This document shows, piece after piece, positions 41,832-57,450 of a DNA stretch of 64,000 nt (position 1 is its first letter; every line of letters begins with the position of its first letter). The stretch lies in the NCBI RefSeq assembly GCF_009914755.1, contig NC_060931.1. The stretch is one strand, 5' to 3'. Both the position numbers and the translations under genes were made by a program. The notes under the pieces are model-generated. The model had not been told where the DNA came from. It saw only the letters and a program-made list of their open reading frames with translations, and searched no databases. The stretch is from the human T2T-CHM13v2.0 reference genome, Homo sapiens.

Positions 41832-41856
41832 ACACGCGCACACACACACACACACA
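41832..41856. repeat. (CA)n just inside CAV1 intron 2
   Basis: Seen directly. Confidence 0.85.
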
Positions 41857-43806
41857 GAGTTTTGTGGGTTTGATGTGTGGGAGCTCCCGCAGTCGGCAGA
41901 AACGTTACATCTCCCTTCCCCCATCTCCCCCCAATAGTTAGTTCAGCTGAAATTCAGCTAAAGTGAGTTTTGTAGAAGTTCCTATAACTACACTTTTATC
42001 CTAGCAAATGAGCCTATTGACCTCAGCAACAGACGGCCCATACTCCTTGGGACGGTGAGATGGTTCCTATCCATTCCCAGGTTGAAAGTCTAGTGACAGG
42101 TCCCCACTGCACGTGGCATTAAGACAGTCAGATAATTGTGTCAGGTCTTGTGCTGAGGATGAGTCAGAATACAAGATGGGCATGTTCCCCCAACTAAAAC
42201 GATGGGAAGTGATTTTCTTAAAAATACTACAGTGGATGGAAATGCCTAGGACTAAAGACAAAGAAAATACGTACTTATTCATATACATATGAAAGTTACT
42301 TTAACTAGACTAACAAGTCACTTGTGCACAACTAAGCAAATTTACAAAACCAAAAACAATGTATGCCTCTTGGTTTCTTCTATCTATGGACACCTGCACT
42401 TAGATGTGGAAAGCTGCTTCTTTAGTAGCTACCTGGGTCAGCCTGCCCTGAGCTAATGGCACATTCAGGTTGGAGTTCCTTTTCATACTTTCAGGATGTG
42501 CTTGGTGAGATTAAAAATAATTGGACTGGGTTATTGGCCAGACTTAGATCTGACTCAGTGGTCAGTTTTAAATTGTCATTGTTATTAGATTTTGACCCTT
42601 TTAGCCAATCTAGTGGGAGGAATTTATTGCCTAAACACATCTGGATTGGGATATCATGGGCTAGAGCCATCCTTGGCAAAGGGTTTTCTCTGAGAAATGG
42701 AGGGCTAAGGAAAAATCCTGGCTCAGGGACTGCAGTGTGAAGATCTACTCCTATACAACCCCCAGCAATCAATGAGGCGGATGAGCAATTTCCACCCACC
42801 ACGCCTGCTATCTATGGATGGGAGGAGCTATAGTTCACAAACCGTTTACATTCATGAATAATATATTTCAAAAGGGGAAACAGTTTAATCTGTAACTGGA
42901 AGGGAAAAAAAAACTGTCAGAATTGACTCCCTTGGCTTCCTGGAGTAGGAAAAAGGAAAATTGGAGCATTTGCAGCTTTTTTTGACTAGCTGGATTATGG
43001 AATATTTAAAAGCAACAGCAACAAAAGTACCTTATAAACTAGAAAATAGAATTGCTAAAAAACTATTTACTAAAAACATTACCTTAAAGGGAGAGGATAT
43101 TTGTGTTTTCCCCCACCCCCACCCTTCTCATGTGGCTTTGAACAAGAAGGAGAGTTGCCAGGAAAAGAGGCAGATTTCAGAGAGGGCTGGCTTCACTGGA
43201 TCCTCCCTGTTGTTCCACTGCACTGTGAGTGAGATTCCCTGGAGCAAGCGAATCTCCCGGGATGAGTCAGAGAGGCCAACAGTGTGGATGTGGGTCTCCA
43301 CACATAGCATGACTAAGTTGAGAAAGAAAGGCCCCACTGGGAAAAGAGACTTCAACACAGATGGAAAAAAAACATAACAGGCTTGGAGGAAATAGCAGTT
43401 TACAAAACAGCATTTCAAAGAGCAAGTGTGGGGATCCTCAAATTAAAGAAATTAAAAGAAAAAGCTAGAGCAAGCTCCTGCTAGCCTAAAGAAACCAAAC
43501 CCTGACTACTTGCTCATAGAACTGTGAGCAAAACAAGACAGTCAAACCAAAAAATCCACCTAGAAAAGAATTTGGCAGTCTCACTCAGATGCCTGGCCTA
43601 GAGGGGACTTCAGAGAATGCCCTACAGAGAGACACCAAGACTACAAATGCAAATTCTGCCCAAAGAGTGCCTGGCCGATGAACAGGGTCCTATCTACATC
43701 TTATGGAGACTCCTATTTTATAAATATGTATCCTCAAGTCCAAGCACAAACAAAATAACAGAAACAGGGATGATTCTCTCCCAGTTTCCATGACAGTAAA
43801 TAATAA

Positions 43807-44163
<357 letters not shown>

Positions 44164-44360
44164 AACAACACAGACTTCTTAAAAAAATCATGACAATAAT
44201 TTTGGGTGCTTCTTAAAAGCACCCAAAGCTTTACTGCTAATGCATGGTAGCTTAAAACTTCACATAATAAGAAAGAACCAGTGGCCAATGGAATCTACTG
44301 TTAAAGGTACCCAATCAAGTAAGGAAAAGTTGGTCCTAAAAGCAAGCAGCCCTGTAAAAG

Positions 44361-44549
44361 CTGCTCTGTCCAATATGGTAATCACTAGCCATTTGTGTTT
44401 CCATTTAAATTTCAAGTAATTAATATCAAGTAAAATTTAAAATTCAGTTCCTTAGTCACACTAGCCACGTTGTGAGTGTGCAACAGGTAAAGCTAGTGGC
44501 ACAGACATAGAACATTTCCATCAGCACAGAAATCTCTATTGGACAGTGC
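44361..44549. mobile_element. MER3-like (hAT-Charlie)
   Basis: Inverted termini ctgtccaata and tattggacag. Internal cactagcca motifs. Confidence 0.8.
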
Positions 44550-45240
44550 CAGATTAGGGTGTTCTCTGCATTGTAAAAGCATCCCCTTGCCAAGTTAAAG
44601 AAAACAACAACAAAACTCTAGAGAAGAAATGAAACCCCAGTTTCATTTCTGGAGAGGAAAGAAAACTCATGTGTGGCATGAGTTTATATTCAAGAAGGTG
44701 CAGCATTATTACCTATTTTACTAGTAATAATGACACACATTATAGTATACAATCCAGTTCCAATAAAATTAATTTCTCATCTTACTAAAAGCTTGCTGCT
44801 CCACATTATGAGACAATTTACCCAAATATAGACATTTACCCAAAAATATTAAGTAGCTTGTGAATACTTTTTAAAATTTCCTTTAATTAAAGTGGTCACA
44901 AACTCAAACCCTTCATTCTCCCTCTGAGATTTCTGTGTCATCTTTTGTTCACATTGTTATTCACATGTTTATTATGTACTTATTTTGATTTTCTAGATAA
45001 ATAAAATGGCTTCAAATCTATAATTCTGATAAAATTAGCCATCAATTAATTTATTTATTAAACCCATGCAATATGCTAGATTAGATGCTTTGCTATGTAA
45101 TTCCTACAATAAATCCTAGCAATCACAAAGATTACAGTTAGTGAGACGACATGCACACAGGTAAAAAGTGTTTTTAAAAAATACATACATACAACCAAAA
45201 CAGTAAGTCACTGCTACATGGAAACTGATTGGTCCTTTTT

Positions 45241-45273
<33 letters not shown>

Positions 45274-46633
45274 CTTGACTGCCAGGAAGCAGTTTCAAAT
45301 CTATAGCTGGATTTTAAGTTTCATTAATTCATGTTCCCACATATGGTTCTGTATTTTCACTTCCCCCTTTTAACTGACATACTGTCTTATGTGATCTCTA
45401 CTGTAAGCCTTCTCATCATTTTGGAAACAGACCAAATATAATATATATGATAAGGAATCAAAAGTAAATACAGTAGTGTTGAATATTGCATAACAAAAAG
45501 GTTTTTAAATAGGGAATGGTATCAATATGAAGTGTTAGGGAGACCCAGCCATGAAAAGGATAGCAGGGTCAGAGAAGGAGGATGTATTGCAGCTGGTTTA
45601 ATGGAGAATGGTATGAAGGAGGTGCAGTTTGAATTGGGTCATGGAGGACAGATGGATTGCAAATAGCTGGGGCAAAAGCACAGGAAGGCATTCTAAACGA
45701 GCCAGGCATGGAGACAAGAATGTCTCCCACAAGGGAGTTGTAGTAGCTCAATCAGACTGGGATTTGAGATTTCATGTGGCAGAGTGGTAGGTGATAAAGG
45801 TGAAAAGACTGATCATAGTAAAATGCGGAGTTCTGTAAATCCAGCACTCATGATAAGTTTGGACATCATGTCAACAGTGGACAGCCATAAATGACTGCAA
45901 GCATCGGTGTGGTATAATGAAGGTGACGTTTTTGTAAAATGACTCTGGTGAAGGTACAGAAGGTAATGAAAAGTAGCCAGTCTAGTTGAGCAGAAAAGAG
46001 TTCAGATGTAATTGCATCATGGTCCAGATGTGAAATGAAGACAATGCGAAGTGGCATTGTGGATCGAAACATACATGCACAAAATGACAGAATTTTAGAA
46101 TTTGAAGGGATCATCATGGTTACCAGGCTGGCCTCCAATTCCTCTTTTGTAATATTAATAGAAATTAAGGGCTAACAAGTTTAAAATGTTATCCATCTTT
46201 TTACATAGTTACTGCCCAAAGTGAATATTTTGAAATGTATCATTAAAGAAGAATAGATAAGATTATGTGATTCACCATGGACTATTGTCATGAGAGGAAA
46301 AATGTGTTTAGATGATTCTGTTAGCACTGAGACAAATCAGGATATCTGAAAGGAGGTCTTTGTTGAAAAACAGAAATATGCATTCATAACTTGCTTTTCT
46401 AAAATTGGAATGTAATGATTCTTAAATATGCACAGACACAAATTTTTCTTTAACAGTCAAGAAAATGCACGCAGGTGATAATCAGATCAGTTTTGGTTAT
46501 AGTACAATGGTTTAATGCCTCCGTGATCCCTTTCAACTTGAAAGCATTCTAGAGCAATTGGTGATTAATATCAGTATAACAGTCATTTATAAAATTATTA
46601 TTTATTTGATATACATCTAATCAAAGCATAAGA

Positions 46634-46762
46634 TTTATTTTTATTATTATTATTATACTTTAAGTTTTAGGGTACATGTGCACAATGTGCAGGTTAGTTA
46701 CATATGTATACATGTGCCATGCTGGTGCGCTGCACCCACTAACTCGTTGTCTAGCATTAGGT
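46634..46762 (-). mobile_element. Very short young L1 (L1PA2/PA3-like) 3' end
   Basis: ttatactttaagttttagggtacatgtgcacaatgtgcaggttagttacatatg...gcacccactaactcg. Confidence 0.9.
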
Positions 46763-48110
46763 TTAAAAGATCAGATTGTCTCGGCACCATGTTAATATCT
46801 TTTTCTGTTGGCATTAGTATTAGTTTTGCTTGTGTATTTGTTTAGGAGATAGCTTCACAAGTTGGTGATTGATATTCTACCATGTATGAAGTCATGCGTG
46901 GAATTCAGAATCCCCAGCTTGTAAAATTGCATTATGATCATCTTTAGTGGGAAATTGTTCTCAGAATACTGAGCAAAGGATGATACCAAAATGGCAGCTA
47001 TTATTCATTCTTAAGCATATGAAATGCTTTCAGGTTCAACCCAAAATTACATACATTTTAAATGCTTACTAAAAGAGTCTTTTCCCTCCTCCATCTATTA
47101 ACTGCAATCAAAAAACTTCGGTTTTAACTGAACATGATTTCATATTATTTATTAAAATTTAAGGCAAGGTGCACCAAGTACCCTTGAATTATGAAAAGCT
47201 TCATGATGTGGGATATTCTTTCAGTTAACGGCAGGGTTGGCTACACTTTTAAGGGGTTCAAAGTAGGAACAGCTGCAATAGTGAGCTGCATCTGGAAAGT
47301 CCAGTAATTTGAAAAACCACCTGTTTATGTATCCTGCCCACTCAAGTCCATAAAATAACAGACACTTTCATATTCCAAATGAAACTGCTTTTTAGTTTGC
47401 CCTACTTTTAAACATAACTCTTTGTGATGGAATGACCAGAAACAGCTGGTCTCTAAGAGGACAGGGCTATGTGCGCTCACCTGCGGGGTTGGACCTTCCA
47501 TAATCCCCCTGGCTGTGGGGAAAGTTGAGGGCTGCTGTCTTTATACAAAGATGGTTTATTCCAAGATACACACACTCTTCTTCCACACCCTGGAGACCTT
47601 GCATATTTAGTATCTTCTTTACCATAATCTGAGGCCCTAGAGAAAAAGATTTGCAAACTATACTTGTTTTAAAACAACTTTCTAAAAAAGACACTCTCAG
47701 CCCCTAGAAATTATGCCTAACACATAGATGCTCAGAGGCAACCTGTTGTAGTGCAAGAGGATTGTGCCAAGATTAGAAAACAAATATTTGCAACTTTTGT
47801 AACTGTCTTCTCTAAAACTTGAATGTGGTGATTCTAAAGTAAAGACCGACACAAAATTCTTTTTCTTTAGCAGTCAGGAAAAGGCATGCATGAAGTAATC
47901 AGATCAGGTGTGGTTTCAGCATAATGGCCTAATGCTTTCATGATCTCTTTCAACTGGAAAGCGTTCTAGTCCCACTGGACACCAAGGAGGAAGAAGGGAC
48001 GGAAAATATTAGGCCCATAGGTTTATCTTCCTCAGTAGTCCACGAGATTTGAGCTTATATATAGGGAGCAAAATTGTTTGTCTAAAAGCAGTTAATAAAT
48101 GCCCCAAAAA

Positions 48111-48650
<540 letters not shown>

Positions 48651-48998
48651 AGCCAGGATATAAATGCTGCCTACATAGAGTTTGTAGCTATCTCCTTGAC
48701 TTTCTTTATGCAGATTCCTTCACAAACTTTTGATGGATTCCTTTACCAAATTCTACTGTCTGTTAAAATCTTCTATCTTTATATCTTTAGTCCAAACAAC
48801 ACGTCATTTATAAACCTTAAAATTGTTTCTGGGCAAATAAACAAGGCAAAATAGGAATATATATTTTTAGGCAATTTACTTCTGTTTTGGTCTCATAAAA
48901 AATTGTAATTAAATTGTAGAAAATATTTCAATTCCTCTCTAATATCCTCTCCTCACATACTGGCTCTCAACTTCTAATCCTCCTATTGAAACATTGAT

Positions 48999-49699
<701 letters not shown>

Positions 49700-51721
49700 C
49701 AGATATATTAAATTAGAATATCTAGAGGTGGAGCCTGAGTATCTGTATTTTTCAGAGTTTCAAATGATCGTTCTTCAAATGATTACACTGTGAAGTCAGA
49801 TTTAGAAATGACTGTACCCAAGGTTGGCTAAAAGATACACACCCTGGTTGATTCTACCTGAAGAGAGCAAATAAGATACACAGCAAAGTTGTAGATGTTT
49901 TCCCTGCCAGTAGAATACTTGCGGGTTAGGCCATTTAAAACCCTGCCAGAGAGTTTTGAAACACTGTGGAGGGCTCCCAAATCAACTTGCTCAATGGTTC
50001 TCCATCCCTTCAGGCTACTTGGGCTTAAAGCCAACTGCAAGCTTAGAGCCTCAGAGTGACCTAGGAATGGGGTGACCATATATTCTAGGTTGTCTCATAC
50101 AGACTAGCCAGCACTACTCAGCCGCAAGTAATAGCATCCAGGCATGCTCAGAAGTGTCCCATTTGGAGGAAAAAAACAATATTGTCACAAATGAATTGGC
50201 AATGGCCTGTCTCTGATTCTTATACCTGGAATATACTGGAAGTCCCTACTCATGCTATTTTCTAGCAGAATAGGCAAAATTTCTACATTCCAGGCATGTC
50301 AGGCCTTTCCCTGATTCCTTTCTCTAATGTCACTCGTCTGCTGTCTTTTATCACAGCCATTAAACTGCACCCTAACTTAAAGAGGATCCCTTATGTTCCA
50401 ATCTACTCATCCCTCAGATCTTTCTTTCTCTGAAACACAGGGTTAATGAGACTGACATCCTTCCATCACATATTTTCTCAGCTACTCAGTAAAAGATGTA
50501 AATGTTTAAAATAGTTTAAACTATTTTTCAGTTAGTCCAGGAAACATAAAATGGCATGCTTGCACATAAACCATTGTTTAGGGTGGGGGAAGTGTTTTTA
50601 ATTTTGCCTTAAAGGAAATCTGCATGATCCACAGGCTATGCAACTACCAAGGGAATCAGTTGGTAGAACAGAATTACACCTGCACAGAATACAAATTTCC
50701 TGCCTTTCATGGGAACTATGTTGATGTTTCAGATATGAAATACATCTTGTTTTCTTTATTGAACCTCGAGAAGATGTCTCTTGTTGGTCATTATTTCATG
50801 GCAGGGGAAGTACATATTCCTAAAGACACAACCGAGTTTCCCTTTAACCATCATTAGTTGGGCTGGCCATTAAGAACCAGACGCTTTTATTTTCAAAGAG
50901 ACTTAAGTTTTGATGTTGTACATATGTGCCTAATATTCTATCTCATAGCAATTTAAAGGTGACGTTTTAAAAAGCTGCATTCAGTGTATAAACTTCTCCT
51001 GATCCCAGCAAGGATGTTGTGATGATTTTATTTAAAAAGGTAAGTTGTGTCTAGATATGGCAGTGGGTCATCTCATGCATGGTGCAGATGTCAAACACAA
51101 TTACATTTTCTTATTTGCAATGACTAAAAAAAGAAGCTGAGCCCAAGCAGTGAGAAAGTAGGAGATTGGGAGGACAAGAAGCAAAGGAAAAAAGTAACAT
51201 GAGCACCGTTCTCCCTGTCCTGCCACTTGCTCCATTATGGACTGGGCTGCGATATCTCATATCCCAGCTCCACAACTCCCAACAACCATTTATGTGCATG
51301 GTGCTTCCATGTGTGATGACCCAATCAGGCTCAGGTGTGGACTGAGTAGTTAAATTATAACCCTTGTCTCTGAAGAGTTTAGGGCTTAGTGGGGAAACAG
51401 ACATGTAAACAAACCTGAGTGAGGTCATGTAATCAAAGGACAGGCCACAGTCAACCACAAAGAAGAGAGTTCTCAGCAGTCTCCAAAGCCGAACATATGT
51501 TTACCAGGAACAGGGTCCCAGCAGAGGGAGCAACAGGAGCAACCAGAGCCTTGAGGGGTCGTGGCCTGTTCTGGGCACCAGCAGTGGATCAATGTGGCCA
51601 GAGCCAGGGATACTAGCAGAAGCCAGAGCAGCAGGGCCTTCCTTGTCCAGCAAAGGCATTTGTCTCTTTGTAGGCCACAGCGACCCACAGAGGGCTTTTT
51701 AGGCCAGAAAAAAGCCATTAA

Positions 51722-52032
<311 letters not shown>

Positions 52033-52429
52033 GCCATTAAAAAGGGAGTCATGTCTCTTGTTGGTCATTATTTCATGGCAGGGGAACTACATATTCTTAA
52101 AGACACAACCATTTCCTCTTAATCCTCATTAGCTGTGCTGGCAATTAAAAAACCAAAAGTTTTTACTTTCAAGAAGATTTAAATAACTTCTGAGGGTGTA
52201 CATATGTGCTTAATATTCTGTCTCACAGTAATTTAAAAGTGAAGTTTTGAAAAGCTGCATCCTGCGCTTGTCAGAACCATGTCTGATGAGATATCCCCTT
52301 TAAAGGGCTCTCGGTGCAATGGGGCAAATCAAGGGGGTTTGTGCAAGTGGGAGTGAGACAGGAGATGGGGTGCTTCTTCCAGCACTCCCTATAGGCTGAC
52401 TGGGTGACAAAGATCATTTTACTGACACC

Positions 52430-52610
52430 TCCAATGGCCCTATGAGATGGGTACTATTATTATTATCACCATCATATTCCTTTTGCAGATAAGGAAACTC
52501 AGGCTTAGCAGATTGCCAGAACAACACAGGCAGGAAGTGGTAGAGTCAGGGTTTGAACCCAGGTAGTGAAACTCCAAAGCCCGGATTCTTAACCACTGTC
52601 CTCCAGTGCC
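52430..52610 (-). mobile_element. MIR
   Basis: ttttgcagataaggaaactcaggcttag...gggtttgaacccagg. Confidence 0.75.
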
Positions 52611-53695
52611 TCTCTGTAATAAGTCATGATCCCAGAAGCCATTGGTGTGGCCACAATATGGAAAGAGATGACAGTGTCCTCACACTGGGTGAGCAGCTTA
52701 TGGTGATTCCAGACATGATCTCTGTTGGGAGTGACAGGTCTGAGCTTCTAGGATCAGACCCTAGATCTTGACAAGTGGTTTGAGGAAAGAGAAGGACCAA
52801 TGTAAAACCCCAGGCTTCAAGGAATGTGGATGCTGGGCAGGGAGGATTAAGCCCCAAAGACCAGAAATGGGGTACACAGGGCAGGTGTGGCCAGAGTAGA
52901 ACTAGAGTAGAACTTCCAGTGACTAGAAATAGAACCAGACACGTTGCAGTGGTGGATAAGGTAGAATCGCTTAAGTCTTTAAAGTGCCCCTGATCACCCA
53001 AGTTGGCCAGAGACCCTGGGGTGGGGCTGATTCTGTCTGGATATACGGGGAGGGGTAAGCATGAGGAAAGGAAGCAGGTCCTGACAGGTACTTTGCACTA
53101 AACAGCTCCTTATAAGGTTCTCAATTTGCCTGCTCAATTTCTACAGACATTTGTGGGACCACACCAGTACATTGTAAAAGCAGGAAACAATTGAGAAAAA
53201 CCTGAGTTTTATGTTGGTAGGAGAAATGCCTATGGAATATGGCAAATCGTTTCTCTGAGACTTCCTCCCTAGTAATTACATATTTGTTCTCAAAAACAAA
53301 TGCCAGAAGGAAGAAGCAGATTTAATAGTGCATTTTACAAGGCACCATTAATCTCTAAGAAGAACAATTAAAATGTCTCAGCAATCATGGTTCACTGTAT
53401 ATCTTTTCTATCTTCTTAGAAGTAATATATGGCTGGAAATGGGCATACCAAAATATGTCAAGGAAGTGGAATTGCGTTCATTAGATTTCACCAGTAATTA
53501 TTTTAGTTAGCTTCACAGATCTCTCTTCCTTGCTTGTTCTTGAGAGCGAGGCTTTTTAGTAGGAAGAGAAATTGTCTAAAACGATTAATAACCACAAATT
53601 CACCAAACTATTTTGGGTAAGTCCCTCTATTTCTCTAGGTCTAAAGCTAGGAATAAGAGTCATTCTCATATAATGTACTGTCCCAGAAAGGGCAT

Positions 53696-54042
53696 TATAT
53701 TAGTCTGTTTTCACGCTGCTGATAAAGACATATCCGGGATTGGGTGATGTATTTAAAAAAAGAGGTTTAATGGACTCACAGTTCCACATGCCTGGGGAGG
53801 CTTCACAATCATGGAGGAAGGTGAAAGGCACATCTTACATGGTGGCAGACAAGACAGAATTGAGAGCCAATCAAAAGGGGAAACCCCTTATAAAAGCATC
53901 AGATTTCGTGGGACTTATCACTACCACAAGAACAGTATGGGGGAACCGCCACCATGATTCAATTATCTCCCACAAAATGGGAAAATTATGGGAACTACAA
54001 TTCAAGATGAGATTTGGGTGGGGACACAGCCAAACCATATCA
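53696..54042 (-). mobile_element. THE1 (MaLR) solo LTR
   Basis: tatattagtctgttttcacgctgctgataaagacat through gggacacagccaaaccatatca. TSD GGCAT at 53691-53695 and 54043-54047. Confidence 0.93.
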
Positions 54043-56468
54043 GGCATTCAACCAATATTTGGGAAGCACCAGCCCTGCACCAGGCACGGAGCACGTCATG
54101 AGTCCTGCCGTACCACAGCCTGCCTGACAGACCTCAGTCATCCTCTGGAGCTTGCCTCTGACATCTGGACCTCCTCAGAATCAGCATCTCTTCTCCTTGC
54201 CCCCGCCATCCTTTGTTTTTATCTCTGCTGTGGCATTCATCAAAGCCTTCCAACTATCCTGCGTCACTGTCCTTCAGTGTCCTCTCTCCTCTCCCTTCCT
54301 TCTCACCCCACTTTGTGCCTGTATCCTTCAAGCAGAGCAATGGCACCCTCACTTCTGTGGCTGCCCAGTGCCCCATGCAGAGTCAGACATCAGAAAATAG
54401 ATGCTGAATTCAGTTGACACTCTGAAATTCTTTTTAAAGTAAGTTAATGTGTGCTTTGAATGAAAAGACACTGGGATTACATTATTGAGTGTCTTTCTTC
54501 CTTTGCCACTTTTGTCCCTATTGGCCATATTTGAAAATCTTGTTGGAAAAAAAAATTCAAGAACTTAATAAATAAATTCAAAAACATTTAGTCTATTTAC
54601 TTAGGTGAAGAGAAAACTCATTCTAATATGTGTGTATATTTAAAATATTTGTTATTTAGACTTTTTTTTTAAGTCTCCAGGTTGAGGAGGACACAAATAT
54701 ATCCTCCTAAACCTTCCAGTAAGCAAGCTGTGGCATCCAGATGATCTCCTGGGTCATGGGGGATAAGGCTAATCTCCTAGGTGTCTGGCAGACAGGACAG
54801 GCAAATTCCCAGAATGCCAAAATATACCATCTGCTGCTGTTTGGCATTGCCCTTAAGTCCAGAGTGTGGAGGCTGGGGGTGGGTCTCTGGCTACAGGAGA
54901 ACTCCCCTGGCAAGGGAGGGGTGAAAGGACTGCCTGTTGAACCCCCCATCTATCCCCGCACTATGGCAAGATTGAGAGGAATGACTAGATCAGGGAATGG
55001 CCCGAAAGAAAAATCCAAAACCTCCCAACCCTGGACAAGGCCACAGCTTTGAGAAACCGAAGCCTCTGCTTCCTTCTCTTTGGCTTTACTGCTTCTAGAT
55101 GCAAATACACAGAGCTCTGAGATTTTGTGTGCTGGGAGGTGATAACTGTTAACCCTCTATTCCAATAGCACAGAAATTTCTCTTTGCCTCAGAAGTGGTT
55201 TCTCATAGATCTCAGATCTCTTTTCAGGAAAAAGAAAAACAACAACAATAACAACACATTAATGACTCTGAAAGAGTCAGACACCATTAATTCCATTATT
55301 GGTGTCTGTGCCAAGTGAAATGAACGTCAGCTCTTTTCCCAGATATGTTTCCTTCTTTTGCCTCCTATAATAAGAGATGATTTTACTGTAATAATATAAG
55401 ACTCATCAATTTGACTCCAAATAGCTTTCCTATCAACAGGCTAAGTGTAAAATACCAGGATCATTATTCAGTTGAGAATAGATAGAACTAGGAAGTAGCC
55501 ATCAAAAAAGAATGATGAGGTGCATTGTGGATTTGGGGTGTAACTTGGTATCTAACATACAGCCAGAATCACAGTCATAGCACACTTAATATTTTATCAG
55601 AAACTTGCGTGAACAAGTTAAGAGGACTCTCAACTTAAAAATGACACCAATTGCAATGATCTTGTTAACATTTGTGATGAAAATAATAGCAAAGTGACTT
55701 AGACAAATTACAATAGCCCATAAAAATAAGATAAAGTTTAATACAAAGTAAGATGATGTTAAAAGACTTGAAATAAAACAGATATGTTAAGTAGGAAACA
55801 CATAGGTAAGCATATAAAAACAAGAAGATACCAGGATAGAGCTGTCATTTTTGTGGGAGCCTGTGATGTGGAAAACCAAGATGCCTGGTGAGTATAATGG
55901 ATATGGAAACCCCCCTTGTAATAATTCCACAGTTCCAAGGGGCCAAGGTCTCCAGGTTGAGTCACTATTGTAAACACACCCATAGATGAATCCACATGCC
56001 ATACCTCCTTGAGTAAGTGGGGACTCAAACTAGGTCTGTCAATTGTTCCAGAAAATTAAGCATCTAAATAATTTAATGATAATTTAAAAGAAGCACAATG
56101 AAATATTTCAAGGAATGTCACATACAAGATTCTGTACCTCTTCTGCTTTGGTTAGACTCATTCAGAATAGGTTCCTGCTTTGATCTTAAGAGGGAGGTAG
56201 AGATTCTGGAGAAGCCCTAGGGAAGAGCAAAAGGAAAGGAATAAGGAGCCAAGAGGAAACCCAGGGTAAGGCTGAGGAGGGACTGTTTCGTGTAGGTGAT
56301 TTATTGGAAGGGTTGGAAGGAAACATGGAATGACAATTACCTTTGGTTATTGTCAGGTTAGTATGAGACTTACAAGAAAAGCACTGCTCAGACGCAATTA
56401 CCATTCAAGATAAGAAATAAGAGGAAAGGCTAGCACACTTAGCTTTTTATTTAAAAAAGTGTTAGGTA

Positions 56469-56771
56469 GGCTGAGCACGGTGGCTCACTCCTGTAATCCC
56501 AGCACTTTGGGAGGCCAAGGTGGATAGATGACTTGAGCCCAGAAGCTTGAGACCAGCCTGGACAACATGGTGAAACCTCATGTCTACAAAAAAATACAAA
56601 AATTAGCCAGGCATGATGGCATGCACCTGTAGTCTCAGCTACTTGGGGGGCCAAGAGGTGGGAAGATTGCTTGAGCCCAGGAAGTCGAGGCTGCAGTGAG
56701 CCATGATTGTGCCACTGCATGACAGCCTGGGCAACCGAGTGAGAGCCTGCCTCAAAAAAAAAAAAAAAAAA
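56469..56771 (+). mobile_element. AluJ-like
   Basis: Dimer with poly-A. TSD AAAAAAGTGTTAGGT. Confidence 0.9.
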
Positions 56772-57291
56772 GTGTTAGGTGACATGAGAGAAGATCTTCC
56801 AAGTAATAAGAGTGGCTAATCCCAGGAATGTGTCACCAGAGGTTATTTTGTAATAGTCGTGTGTTAAATTCCTTATTTGTCTATATAACTTCTCAAATCC
56901 TTCTGCCTCTACAGTTATAGTTTAACTGGCGCATAACAGCCTTCACACACAGCCTCATAATTAAACATAGACATACATATGAACACTTTCCCCTATGCTA
57001 GCAGGATACTTGGTTTGTTTAGGGGCAAAGAGGAATTGATGTGGCGTTGTTTCAATCAGTGGTTGAAAATGCAAGTGGTAAACATTGAAAAATAGAACAC
57101 TGCAAAAGGCATGCATTGTATATACCAAAAGGTCAGCATGAAGCATTATCTGTATGGCAAGCCTGCCCATCCACTCCCTCCTACACGTTGCATATTCACA
57201 CAGTTTTGCAGCTTGTATAAACCCCTATTGTGATAGAAACTCATGAAAGAGTGTGGTCTCTGCGAAAGCTGGCTGTTCTGTGAATTTAGAC

Positions 57292-57450
57292 CAGTGGTTC
57301 TTCACCCTGGCTGCAAATCATCTGGGGAACATTTAAAAACACTGTTTTAAACACCCCAACCCTAGAAATTCTGATTTAATTGGTCTGTGGTGGGGCCCAG
57401 AACTCTGTATTCTTTTTTTAAGGCTCTCAGGTGCTGCTAATGTATAGCTA
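57292..57450. mobile_element. MER5-like
   Basis: cagtggttcttcaccctggctgca...ttctgatttaattggtctg. Confidence 0.7.

Larger units (their letters stand above)
39680..41900. promoter_or_regulatory. CAV1 CpG island covering the promoter, exon 1, intron 1 and exon 2
   Basis: CpG-rich. E2F-like TTTGGCGG with overlapping GC box at 39943-39954. SRE-like CACCCC motifs near 39697 and 39806. TATA-like CTTAAA at about 40039. Confidence 0.9.

Noticed and set aside
53740-54417. 225-aa ORF
   Set aside because: Its first half is the THE1 LTR read on the opposite strand. Non-ATG start and no recognisable domain.
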